A program made the position numbers and the translations under genes. From Haliotis cracherodii (Eukaryota), in NCBI RefSeq assembly GCF_022045235.1, contig NW_027266264.1, forward strand, positions 88,660,001-88,724,000: a DNA stretch of 64,000 bases, written 5' to 3'. Position 1 is the first letter of the stretch; each line of letters starts with the position of its first letter. The notes under the pieces are model-generated. The model made no database searches and was not told where the DNA came from. It was given only the letters and a program-made list of their open reading frames with translations. Shown piece after piece: positions 26,721 to 38,619 of the stretch.

Positions 26721-27449
26721 TGAGAGTGATTATAGGTTTGTCCAAGGAGTTATGTAATTGTCATCAGTTGATAGCAACTGAATAGTTGTGAGGAGGTTAC
26801 TTGTTAATAGAAGTATGTTTCAATACAGAATTATAGTTTTTAAGTAATTTTTGGTAAACTTTAAACAATATATTTGAAGAATTTTAAGATTCTGTAAATA
26901 TTCCATGACTGAGAGAATGAGACTACTTAGATAAGTAAATAACTATAACTGTTGAGTGCAAGCACCAGATCCCTCCTTTATACATGATACTGAAGATGTC
27001 TAAACCCTCAACAAGCCAAGTGAGCTGTGTACGTGCTAATGTTGTCACTATATTCACAGTATTCAACCTGGGGAGGGGTCGGCTCTAGGACCCTGGTTCT
27101 ATTTCTTGTTTATGCATATTTCATTTTGTTTCAGTGTGGCTCTGTCAAGTGGTTTGAATAAAGGACTGAACTGTCATCCATCAGCAATCCCAATCTGATA
27201 GAGAACACGCTTGAACCAGCATCAATATCGATATGAGCGACAGGACTTGAATATTGAGATTAAATCAGCCAACAGCAGTAGGCTAGGAACGATGTTTGTA
27301 TCAATGATTTAATAAGCAGTGTGTGTGTGCCATGTCGAAGAGGGAGACCATGAGCTCCTTGCCCCTGACAGGGATATCCACAAGTGATTTCATTGGATTC
27401 TTACACATGTACCAGAACAGCAATCATCACTGACAGCTCACTGACAAGC

Positions 27450-27504
27450 ATGATGTGTTTAACATTCCAACTGATCCTGTGCTGGTGTCTGCATGTGCTG
27501 ACAG
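27450..27504 (+). CDS. Candidate first coding segment (signal peptide) of a host gene; putative exon 27135-27504
   Basis: Acceptor TTTTCATTTTGTTTCAG ending at 27134; ATG at 27450 gives MMCLTFQLILCWCLHVLT; donor CAG|GTAGGT at 27504/5 in phase 1; no homology evidence. Confidence 0.35.
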
Positions 27505-28924
27505 GTAGGTGATATGTATATTTTGCTAGCCCTGTTAGGTTTGTGTCAAGGGGCCAGAGGTGTGTCCCTCATGCCATGGTGGTCGTACATTTTACTACCT
27601 CAACAGGAAAAACTATTTGTCCTTTCCCTTCTTTCCCTTCACTTCAATAACTTTTGATCAGGTTCTTCAAAAAAGTATTGAGTATTTTCTTTTGGTTCCT
27701 TCCTCTGGTCTTTCATCTGTGAATTTCCAGAAACATGCATTCCTTTAATGGATGACCAGATGTTGTGTGGGGAAACGATGCCAATTGGCCAAGCCTTCTT
27801 GCGTGAATATATTTCACAATCTTCTTTTTTAAAGACCTCCCAAAATAATAGCTTCGTTTCAGATACTCAATCCTGAAGTTAAATAAAAGCAAAATCCTTG
27901 TTCTCCTTATTGTGAACTAAATGTAAATAAAAACACTTGCCAGCCAACATTTTACCCAATGTATCATATGTAAAGCTATGTGTTCACATATTCTAAAAAT
28001 GTTTGAATTAAGAGCTAAATGTTGCAAGTTGTTCACAATGGTGGATGCTATTCAGTATGAAGCTCTGACAATAAACGAGGAACTGAAGTTGCCACCACAA
28101 TAAATAAAATTCAGGTGATTCAGTGGCATTTGATTGGCTAATCGTGCAATTGTTTATTGCATTTATGCTTCCATAAACTGATTCAAAAGTTAGGTCATGC
28201 CCACAAAAAGACTACTGTCACTTAAATGGTTGATAACAGAATGGAATTGGAAACAGCTGAAGCTCAGCTGGCATAAAAGTACATTGCTTGTGTGTTGCCT
28301 GGCACTGCTCACATGTTCCGATATATGTTCCCGTAATCCTTTTTTGGAACCATTCCTATTAGTCTTAGGACAGCATATATAATATTTTACCCCCTCCCAT
28401 GTGACATTTTCCCCTCCCCTCCCCTCCCTATGATAAATTACCAGTCCCTGAGTAATGTTCAAATTCCTAAAAAAAATAATTTAAAAAATAGAATTGTGTT
28501 GGCCCCTATCACTGTGTCATGTTATCATGACAACCCCAATAATCTCACCTTGCCTCCCCAGTAATAAATAGCCAGTCCATCTATAGATATTACAAAAATA
28601 TTTAGTTAAAAATATGTAACTTCTAACAATTGCAACTTAATTATATTTTATATCCTACATAACTCTACTGATATACAACTTTAATTTTCTAAAACAATTT
28701 TTACCATACTTTCTCTATTATATTTGAGTTGTCTTGTTCCCTGTTCCCAACATGTCTTCAAGAAACGAGTAAAACTACTTTGGAATTGATGTGATCGAAA
28801 ACTGGACAATGGACGACTATTTAGGTTTAATAAATATCATATAACTACACAGTTTAAGAAGAATATTATTTCTATTTTGATTGCAGTTACACTTTCAAAT
28901 GGTTGCTTGTCTCTGATCTTAGGT

Positions 28925-28980
28925 TGTCACGATATGGCTGAAATATTGCCGATATGACGTTAAATCTGAACTCACTCACT
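28925..28980 (+). mobile_element. SINE/LINE 3' tail fragment
   Basis: GTCACGATATGGCTGAAATATTGCCGATATGACGTTAAATCTGAACTCACTCACT, similar to the other SINE tails here. Confidence 0.55.
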
Positions 28981-29794
28981 GATCTTGGGTAATGACAAGC
29001 TGCCAGTATTCATGCTGTGGATGTTCCCCTCAATGTAATATAAGACAAATCCCAGTCAAACTGCTGAGCTCTTTTCTGATTCTCGTTTTTCATTTTTTGT
29101 TATGTTTTTCAGGATAATTGTTTTCACATAAGTAAGGTATGATCGCGGTGTATCATTTGATCTCCATCCCGACAACCGTTGTATCCACTGGCAACTACTG
29201 TTTAATTTACTTGACATAAACCTAGCCATTTCATGCAGCAATATCTCCCATTTTTGTTGCATTTTGTGATCTGAATTGTGTCATAATTTGGTCATAATTA
29301 AATGTTTTCACATTTGCCCCTATCCTCAATGAACTATCAGGATTTGTTTCAGGATTTACTTCTTTATGATACTCTTATGTCTTTCTTTTAGATTATGCTT
29401 ATTTGTATTGTGATTGAATTGTATTTTTCCTTTTCTTTAATTTGCTCATTAACAGAGTACAGGAATTGCTCATTAACAAACATTTAATCCTGTCAACCAT
29501 AACTCTTCAATATGGTGTCGGAATATTTTCACAATAACTTTATGTATTTCATCCTAATATTTTTACCGGGTTGGAACTAAATTTTGGCGGAACAAAAACA
29601 TGCTTCCAATTTGCATTACTGCGCTGAATGATGTCGCTGATTGCGTGTTCTTGTCTGTTACGAGTTATTGTTTTAGTTATTGCAACCATTTTTTGTGATT
29701 AAATAAGCAGTCTGTGATGTTATTATTGTTGATGTATTTATTCATAAGAATTGGCTGAATTTGTTTTTGCATTAATGGAGTTATACAGACTGGT

Positions 29795-30887
29795 GTACAC
29801 AGTTTGCATCAATGTATCCGATACATGTATTCACACAGTTTGCCTCAATGTATCCGATACATGTATTTACACAGTTTGCGTCAATGTATCCGATACATGT
29901 TTTTACACAGTTTGCGTCAATGTATCCGATACATGTTTTTACACAGTTTGCGTCAATGTATCCGATACATGTATTTACACAGTTTGCGTCAATGTATCAG
30001 ATACATGTATTTACACAGTTTGCGTCAATGTATCAGATACATATATTTACACAGTTTGCGTCAATGTATCCGATACATGTATTTACACAGTTTGCGTCAA
30101 TGTATCCGATACATGTTTTTACACAGTTTGCGTCAGTGTATGCAATACATGTTTTTACACAGTTGGCGTCAATGTATCCGATACATGTATTTACATAGTT
30201 TGCGTCAATGTATCCGATACATGTTTTTACACAGTTTGCGTCAGTGTATGCAATACATGTTTTTACACAGTTGGCATCAATGTATCCGATACATGTATTT
30301 ACATAGTTTGCGTCAATGTATCCGATACATGTTTTTACACAGTTTGCGTCAGTGTATGCAATACATGTTTTTACACAGTTGGCGTCAATGTATCCGATAC
30401 ATGTATTTACACAGTTTGCGTCAATGTATCTGATACATGTATTTACACAGTTGGCGTCAATGTATCCGATACATGTATTTACACAGTTTGCCTCAATGTA
30501 TCCGATACATGTATTTACACAGTTTGCGTCAATGTATCCGATACATGTTTTTACACAGTTGGCGTCAATGTATCTGATACATGTATTTACACAGTTTGCG
30601 TCAATGTATCCGATACATGTTTTTACACAGTTTGCGTCAATGTATCTGATACATGTATTTACACAGTTTGCGTCAATGTATCCGATACATGTATTTACAC
30701 AGTTGGCGTCAATGTATCCGATACATGTATTTACACAGTTGGCGTCAATGTATCCGATACATGTTTTTACACAGTTGGCGTCAGTGTATCCGATACATGT
30801 ATTTACACAGTTTGCGTCAATGTATCCGATACATGTTTTTACACAGTTTGCGTCAATGTATCCGATACATGTATTTACACAGTTTGC
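29795..30887. repeat. Minisatellite, 36-bp unit with an internal palindrome
   Basis: Unit TACACAGTTTGCGTCAATGTATCCGATACATGTATT; contains ATGTATC-C-GATACAT. Confidence 0.96.
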
Positions 30888-31144
30888 ACACAATTTTTTG
30901 TTTATGCTTCCATAAATGCAAAAACTAGTGAGGTCAATTCTGAAATGGAAGTTTTTCTCTTGGAAATGTTATTCAATCTAAATATGAAATAGTTTATTCA
31001 TGAGGCCATGCTGTATGCTATGTTTTTCAAATTTGGAACACAGAAAAAATGATGCAATAAGTATTCCCACTGCAGGTGGAAAAAAGAAGAATCACATTTG
31101 AACAATACATACACATTTGATGACGCTGTTCAACCAGCCTGACA

Positions 31145-31210
31145 GCATCACACATGAATAACATCGTCAAATGTGTGCACACATTTCACGATGTTATTCA
31201 TGTGTGATGC
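31145..31210. repeat. 66-bp spacerless palindrome with one mismatch
   Basis: GCATCACACATGAATAACATCGTCAAATGTGTG|CACACATTTCACGATGTTATTCATGTGTGATGC. Confidence 0.9.
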
Positions 31211-31236
31211 ATTAAGTGTACAATACTGCTGTGTCA

Positions 31237-31702
31237 TGTGTCAGTGGTCAGGTGTCACTGGTCAGATGTTAGTGGTCAGGTGTCAGTGGTCCGGTGTCAC
31301 TGGTCAGGTGTCAGTGGTCAGGTGTCAGTGGTCAGGTGTTAGTGGTCAGATGCCAGTGGTCAGGCGTCAGTGGTCAGACGTCAGTGGTCAGACGTCAGTG
31401 GGCAGGTGTCACTGGTCAGGTGTTATTGGTCAGGTGTCAGTGGTCGGGTGTCAACAGTTCAGTGAGAGTGGTCAGGTGTCAGTGGTCAGGTGTCAGTGGT
31501 CAGGTGTCAACAGTTTGGTGTCAGTGGTCAGGTGTTAGTGGTCAGGCATCAGTGGTCAGGTGTCAGTGGTCAGGTGTCAGTGGTCAGGTGTCACTGGTCA
31601 GGTGTCACTGGTCAGGTGTCAGTGGTCAGGTGTCAGTGGTCAGATGCCAGTGGTCAGGTGTCAACAGTTCAGTGGCAGTGGTCTGGTGTCAGTGGTCAGA
31701 TG
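31237..31702. repeat. Minisatellite, 14-bp unit
   Basis: Unit GTGTCAGTGGTCAG. Confidence 0.93.
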
Positions 31703-33544
31703 ACAAGTTATTTGGACACTGAGATATAAGGACAATGGGCTATATGGACAATGGCTATATATGGACACTTTTAAGTTGATAACTAAAACCACTTAAAGGG
31801 GCACTGATCTAAAGCAATTCCTGGGACTGGTTGTTGCCTTTGTTATTGTTTTTTCCCTGTGAGTACCCTGATGATGTAGCAGAAATCTAGACTAGTTCCT
31901 GACCTGTGCTGCACCATTCACACTTGTCGCTTTTATTGAGAGTGTAAGGACGTATAGTCACATTGATCAACAAAATGAAATACAGTTCAGTCTTGAAAAT
32001 AATAACAACATGTTGGTATCTTTGCATAGGTAATGATGACGGCGTTTTGATAAGTCACTTGCTTGGTATTGTGCGATTTTCGTTTACACTATTTTGACTT
32101 GAAACACAAAGAAAATATTTCACCTGAGCATTGCTTATTTTATGGTGTGTATGTTTTAAAATAAAAAATGTATATTTTCACCTAGGCAATTCATTAAACA
32201 CCTAAATATTTAGTTATTTTACCAATTGACTGAAAATGTTTATAAATTGCCTGAGTGAATCACATTTTCACATTGCCTGTAACATATATATGCCTACAAA
32301 CGAAACAATGTCTGTCTCGCATTGAAGAACTTCCCAACGAAAATGCAGAGGAATAAGAATGAATCTGTCCAATGCTACAGCAAATGAAGGAAAACTAAAT
32401 GCAAATATCATAATTACAACCTACAAAATTTATGTGTATAATTTTAGGCAGCTTCCTTGTTCGAGGAATGAATCCAATATATTTCCACATAAAGGAACAA
32501 TATCCCACACGTCTGCAGCTGTACAAATAAACTTATTCGATGTCACATGTCTCCATAACAATCAAATATTCTAAAATATACATAGCTTTTCGGGATATTA
32601 TAACCTGTGTTCGTTTGTTTGAGTTGTTTCACATAGGTGTCAAGTCTCAAAGGTCAGCTGCGAAAGCCAAAGTGACAACTATTTTCATAATGTCCACAGT
32701 TCTTTAAAAAAACATAGAGTTAGATGACAATGATCAGCTAATCCTTTGAACAAAGTATGTTGTTTTTTACATTGGCAGATATGGGGGTATTCCATCTGCT
32801 TTAGTAAACATATACATGTTAACACTTACTTTTGACAAATCCACTGTGCAAAATAACAGTGATTATACCTTTAACATAATTTATACTGATCCTCTGATGG
32901 CGAGAAATGATCAGTTGATTTACACAAAAGTAGATCAACTGATCACTCCTCTTGCTCAGCTGCCACGTGCATATTACATAACATACATTTCACCCAACTT
33001 CAAACCAGGATTCAGATAAAATAATTACCCCAGACACAAGAAATGCCAAATGGGAACCTTTGTCTGGTAGTCTGAGCGGAGCTACCACTAATTATACCTG
33101 TAATAAATTCATTAACTGAGGTTCAAGTGAATGACAACAAATACACAGGCGTAGGGTTATACCAGGAAACATGGATGACAACAAGGGAGTAGCAATCATA
33201 TTATCCACACAATCTTATTGCTTTCACTTAAAGGATACATTTTATTGATCATTAAACTATCATCATCAGAGGTATTTCCAAATAAAAACATCCGATGAGC
33301 TTCTAAAGTTCTTTCTGTTTGTTTGTTTAGGCTGAAAAAAATAATTAACATGCGCCCTTTTTAGAAATCTTCATACATCATGGCTCCATTATGACAGGCT
33401 CCGCCATCATGCATGATAGCGGAACTTCAAATTAAGACAAGAGATATTATTGGATGAAATGGTCGCGGATGTGGAGGTACTGGTTGACTGCAGCAATGAG
33501 CTTAACCCCTGTTAAGCAACCCCAACCGCAGCAACCGCTGCCCC

Positions 33545-33745
33545 GCAACTACCGTTGCCAAGCAATCCATGTTGCTTACCAATGCAGCGCCTGCTGCCCT
33601 GCAACTACCGTTGCCAAGCAACCCATGTTGCTTACCAATGCAGCGCCTGCTGCCCTGCAACTACCGTTGACAAGCAACCCATGTTGCTTACCAATGCAGC
33701 GCCTGCTGCCCTGCAACTACCGTTGACAAGCAACCCGTGTTGCTA
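33545..33745. repeat. 56-bp tandem repeat (~3.5 copies) built from three short hairpins, in the element's 3' region
   Basis: Units start at 33545, 33601, 33657 and 33713. Confidence 0.9.
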
Positions 33746-34059
33746 TGCAGCTGTCGCTGCCAGGCAAGTACCATTGCCAAACCATGAGCGAGGGCAACTA
33801 TTGTTGCCAAGCTGACCATCCGCTGTAAAGCGGACACTAAGCCATCTGCTGTAAAGCAGAATGGATAAATTGGTTCCTGCTGTAAAGCGGGCAACCCTAT
33901 CCTAAATAATTTATAATTTGGGATGTATCCCAAGACGCCAAATGTAACTTGTAATGCAGTCCACCAGCACCCCGCCACAAGCACCAAGGTGCTTCCCCAC
34001 AACCACGACCATTCGCGCTCATGTACACCCACCGTGTTATCCTATACTGAAAATGTTTC

Positions 34060-34598
34060 TTACAAGCATACTGCGGGAAGGGAGCTGCCAATGTTTTGTG
34101 TGAAAAGATCAAGTCCGGCCGGTGACAAATGAACCCCATCACGCAGGTACAGTTGCTGCTCCTCCGGGTTGAACACTGTGTGGGGAACCCGTATCCCCCC
34201 AAGCTCACGGGCCCTGTTCCCCACTCGTCTGTTCAGCTTCTGCCTGGCCCCGTCCAGGTCCCGGGCACGGCTGGCTACATGCCAGTACCTCCGTGGCAGC
34301 ATGTCTGACCACAGAATGACAGCACCAGGTAGGAGGAGGTGTATCCTCAGGAGTGCCAGCTTGATCTCATGATATAGCTGACACGTGGTTACCTTACCCA
34401 GGTCGTTCGAACCAAGGTGAATCACCACCGCCTTTGGTGGTGTCTGCATTGCTTTGACCTGTGCATCTATCAGCTTGGTCAGCTCCTCCCACCTCATGCC
34501 GCCCCTTGCCAACTAGAGACATCCCCCTGGAATACTGAAGTCACTGTCCTGTAGGTGCTCTCTCGCCTGGGTCAGGAAGCTGGACCCAACCAACCATA
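34060..34598 (-). pseudogene. SGNH/GDSL hydrolase-like ORF of the retrotransposon
   Basis: Block I VWLVGSS (upstream of the tracked ORF), block II ARGGMRW, block III VVIHLGSND, block V DGVH; premature TAG at 34513-34515. Confidence 0.88.
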
Positions 34599-34647
34599 CT
34601 GAAAAGATACTGAATAGGACGAAAGCTGTTCTTGCATTGTTGGTGAT

Positions 34648-35624
34648 TTAAATGTTTGCAGGTATGCGTATATAGCTTTTATAACATTCTGACCCCCACC
34701 TACCAAAGTGCTGTATCAAATCTGAACTCAATCCGTTACCGGCTGCTGTCGTTGCTGCGCCAATCCTGAAGGAATGCGAAGAGTATGCTGCTGTGCAGAT
34801 GCCGCTATGCGCCAGTGCTCTTTATAGCACGGCCTGAAATTGATACCTGGTCAGGGGAGATTTATCAAAGTGTACGAAAGCTTGAGTCTGAGATGTGATC
34901 GAACTGTTAGGTATGCTTTAACTGCAGCCACTGGACACAGATTGTGGCCAGGTATGGCGGAAATGGAAACAACTATGCCATGTGACTGCCTGTCCGTTTT
35001 TGAATGCCTTAGAGCGACTGTTACTGTCATAGTCGTGTCTTGGACTTCTAGGTCTAAGAAAGCGCACCCTGGCTGAGAATGTTTGGTTTGCATGAGTTCA
35101 CTCACCCGAAAGAAACCAAAGAAGGCCAAGCAATATACTGCTTTGAACAATCTTACTTCATAGGTAGAAGAGCAGAAAAATTGCAGGTTGTTTACAATTA
35201 CTTTGAGCAGGTCTATTGTTATTGTTTTTCTGTGATCCTGCCTCCCCTGACACTTTTGCATCCCGGTAATCATTTTAGTAACAACAAAGTGGCCGGTGCA
35301 GTCTTCCATGCTGTGTAGCCTATGGTACGTTGAGATACCGGCCATATACGTCCTTACCGTACTCGGTGCATGTCCTGAAACTGACAGGTGAGCAATGAAA
35401 TGTACCAGATGAGTGACTGGAACCGGCCAGACATCTCCCAGGTTTTGTGACGCCCTGAATGCTTGCAACGCTTGGGTTCCTGCCTGGTAAGTTGCCCACG
35501 TGTTTGCCGCCAGTGATCGCTGAAGGAGCCTCTCTGCCTCGATTGTTATCCCTGCCAGAGATTGTCTGGAAGTGGTGTGGGATGCAGGTTGGCTGATGGA
35601 GCTGCATTGCGGAATCGTTCCCAC
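34648..35624 (-). pseudogene. Tyrosine recombinase (phage-integrase family) of the retrotransposon
   Basis: LAFFGFFRVSEL, HSKTD, CPV; after a frameshift near 34860-34900: PLTRYQF..HSFRIGAAT..GRWGSECYKSYIR; premature TAA at 34822-34824. Confidence 0.92.
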
Positions 35625-38619
35625 TGAAATCTCGACAGTGCATCTGCGATGATATTGTCGTGTGTTGTTATATATCTGGCCTTGAACAAAATGTTATGTT
35701 TGAGGCACTGCAGCACTAGCTGCCTAATCAGTGACATGATTCTGGGTGCCTTTGAAGACTGTTTATTTATTATTGACACTACAGCTTGGTTATCACAAAA
35801 GAAAAGTACTTTCCTGTTAGCAAAGGCTGTCCCCCAAAGACAAACTGACAGCACAATCGGAAACAACTCCAGCAGTGTCATGTCACGAGTCAAGCCGTCC
35901 TCCACCCGCTCACGGGGCCAGAGCCCGTTTGCCCAGTTCCCGTTATACAGTGATCGCTCGCTAATGCGCTCTTCGATAAAGCGCTACTTCGGTTACTACG
36001 CGCGGTAACGCATGGCTCCCAAAATTTATGTACACTTTTATTACTGATAGTTTTACACAGACATAATTGTATTGTTGTTCGTTGTTCATTTGCACATAAC
36101 GCTTCTCATTGCATAATCAACCGTTTATCGCTGAATGGAGTTCTAATAATCTGTTTGAAAACATCCGCGGCAAGTCCCGGAAATACGATTGTTCAACTAG
36201 TTAACTTTTCACACTATCGACCTTTGATCTTAGAAGCGCATGCATGCAATAAAAGAGAACCACAAGCGAAGTTTATATTCTTAATTAGTGGGCAATCCAA
36301 TTTGAGGCGACACTGTCACACACATGTAGTTGCTGTCACAACACGGCGGTCATTCATTTCGTAATCGCGCTTTCGTAACATCGCCTGTTTTTTTCCGTAG
36401 TTATAACAAGCGATTTCATTGGATTAAAATTTGTTTCTAATGACGCTTTCTTGTTTGATAAATTTCAGAAGTTGGCGAAAGATTTTTTGTTAAATCATGT
36501 TAATCTGAAGGAAAGCAGGAAATCACGATATATATTAAAAATATGGAACTTCGCGAATGTATCGTGCTAGGTTACGAGCTGTGACAAAGATTTTTCATGC
36601 ATATATTTTTGCATTAAACATTGTGTCCGAGCCGAGAATTCAAGGCGACGAAAGCCGAGATGTCATTTGACTTACATTACACGCGATCGCACGAAACGAT
36701 GGAAATAATAACTTAGATGTAAGTTTGATTACTTTTAGATATATTTTTGTTGATTTTATTTATCACTTTGTATAATATATTTAAAGATTTGTTTAAAACG
36801 TCTTTATTTTGCTCTTTGATGTGGACCCGTTGTCGAAATGTGTGTCCGAGAATTTTATTTTTAATAACATCGCGGGAAATAGTGAATAATTTTTTAATTT
36901 ATCGATTAAAAATGATAAATTGAAATGGAATACGTATTTCAGACATTGTGAAATGTGACAGATTTAATAAATGAATGATATTACAGGTAGATCTAGGTCC
37001 ATAAAAATATATACTATTTTGATGTGACGTGAGATAAACACATATTGATGATTTGAGATTTTCCGAGCGCGCGCCTCGGCCTCGGTTAAACGGCTCATCG
37101 TCTATAACGCCCACCAATTATTTGGACCCCATTGATAGCGTTATAGCGAGCGATCACTGTAGTATGCGCCGAACCCCACAGTGCTGGCTGCGTCAGTAAA
37201 CAGCTGCAGACATGTATTGTCAGCCCACTTTTTATTCTGACAAACAGACACACCGTTAAATTCCCCCAAGAACCCGAGCCAAACCTCTAGGTCCTCCCGA
37301 ACTCCCCGCGTGATGCAAACACGGTGTGCTTGATGAGTTACCTTTGTATAGGCATCAATCAGTCTGCGGCAAAACGGTCTACCCATGGGTATTGCCCGGC
37401 ACATGAAATTTAGCTTACCCACCAGAGCTTTACGGGTCACTTTGTGCTTACCTGAGGCCAGCATATCGTGTATGATTGCGTTGACATTTACAATCTTTTC
37501 CTGTGGTATTCTAACCTGCATCCTGACTGTGTCGATTTCAAGACCTAGGAATGTTAAGCAGGATGCAGGACCTACTGTCTTCTCATGTGCCACGGGTACG
37601 CCCAGCTCCTGGAAAGTACTGAGACATGTATCAAGGTTGTCACCACAGTCTTTCATTCCTGCAGTTCCGCCTGTGAGAAAATCATCAAGGTAATGCATGA
37701 GTTGGCAGTTAGGCAACTTTTGCTGGACCCACCATTGCAAAAAGGTGCTGAATTTTTCAAACAGTGAGCATGATATGGAACAGCCAAACGGCAAGCATTT
37801 ATCAAAGTAGTATGTACCTTGAAAGCACAAGCCTAGCAACTCAAAGTCCTGAGGGTGTACCGGCATAATCCTGAAAGCTGATTTCACATCAAAATTTGCG
37901 AGTAGAGCATTTGGACCAAGTTGCTGTACCATACTGACAGCCTCGTTGAACCGTGCATATGACACGGAGCATGCTTTGCTGTCTATGTTGTCGTTGATTG
38001 ATCTGCCTTGAGGATAAGAAAGGTGGTGTATTAAACGAAAATCGTCTGTCCCCAGCAAGGACTGACTCTTACCCGTTTGCTTTTTGGGTACGAGACCAAT
38101 GGGTGAAACTTGTAGGTTCAGCAGGGGCGGCGTTTCAAAAGGACCTGCCACCCTACCTAATTTTACTTCCTTTTTCAATTTGGCAGCTACTATCTCTTGT
38201 AAAATGGGATCCCTGGCTGAGCGTAGATTGTCAGACCAACGACTTAGGCGTGCCCCACTATATTCCAGTTGAAAACCTGATTCCAAACCTTGTAATAAAT
38301 AAATGGCATGGGCATGGTTAGAATGCTTGTACCGTTGCAAATGTCGCTTTAATCTAGTGAGTATGAGTGGAGTTGGGGCCACTGCCTTTAGCATGGGTTG
38401 CCTGTGTGGAGTTAAGTTGTTTGGAGGGTCTACGACCCCCCTTTGCGCGAAAGCAAGAATAGGCGGGATGTTGTTCGCCACAATTGGAGCATTTATGAAT
38501 AAACTTGCATTCTGGCCTGGCGCACCTTGACCTGTTGTAGTCCCAGCATGCGTTGACTGTAAAGTCACAGCCCCTGCTGAAAGGCACTGTAAAGCGTTCA
38601 GTCTTATTTTCTTGAACAC
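35546..38619 (-). pseudogene. Reverse transcriptase / RNase H ORF, interrupted at 35948-37159
   Basis: SPIGLVPKK, FRLIHHLSYP, DVKSAFR, LPFG, YLDD, FLGLEIDT, LFTDAAS..GFGAYY|NGNW..LLELFPI..CDNQAVV..NIIADALSR. Confidence 0.95.
35948..37159. mobile_element. Non-autonomous Tc1/mariner-type element, 1212 bp
   Basis: Perfect 16-bp TIR CAGTGATCGCTCGCTA at 35948-63 and 37144-59; TA TSD at 35946-47 and 37160-61; AT-rich non-coding interior. Confidence 0.92.

Noticed and set aside
28385-28580. Possible DNA-transposon ends (CCCCTCCCTATGATAAATTACCAGTCCCT and a weaker copy)
   Set aside because: No partner TIR or TSD found
34648-38619. Bacterial prophage, integron or retron interpretation of RT plus integrase
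   Set aside because: Gag Zn finger, DIRS-type RT/RNase H motifs, overlapping ORF layout and surrounding SINEs indicate a eukaryotic YR retrotransposon
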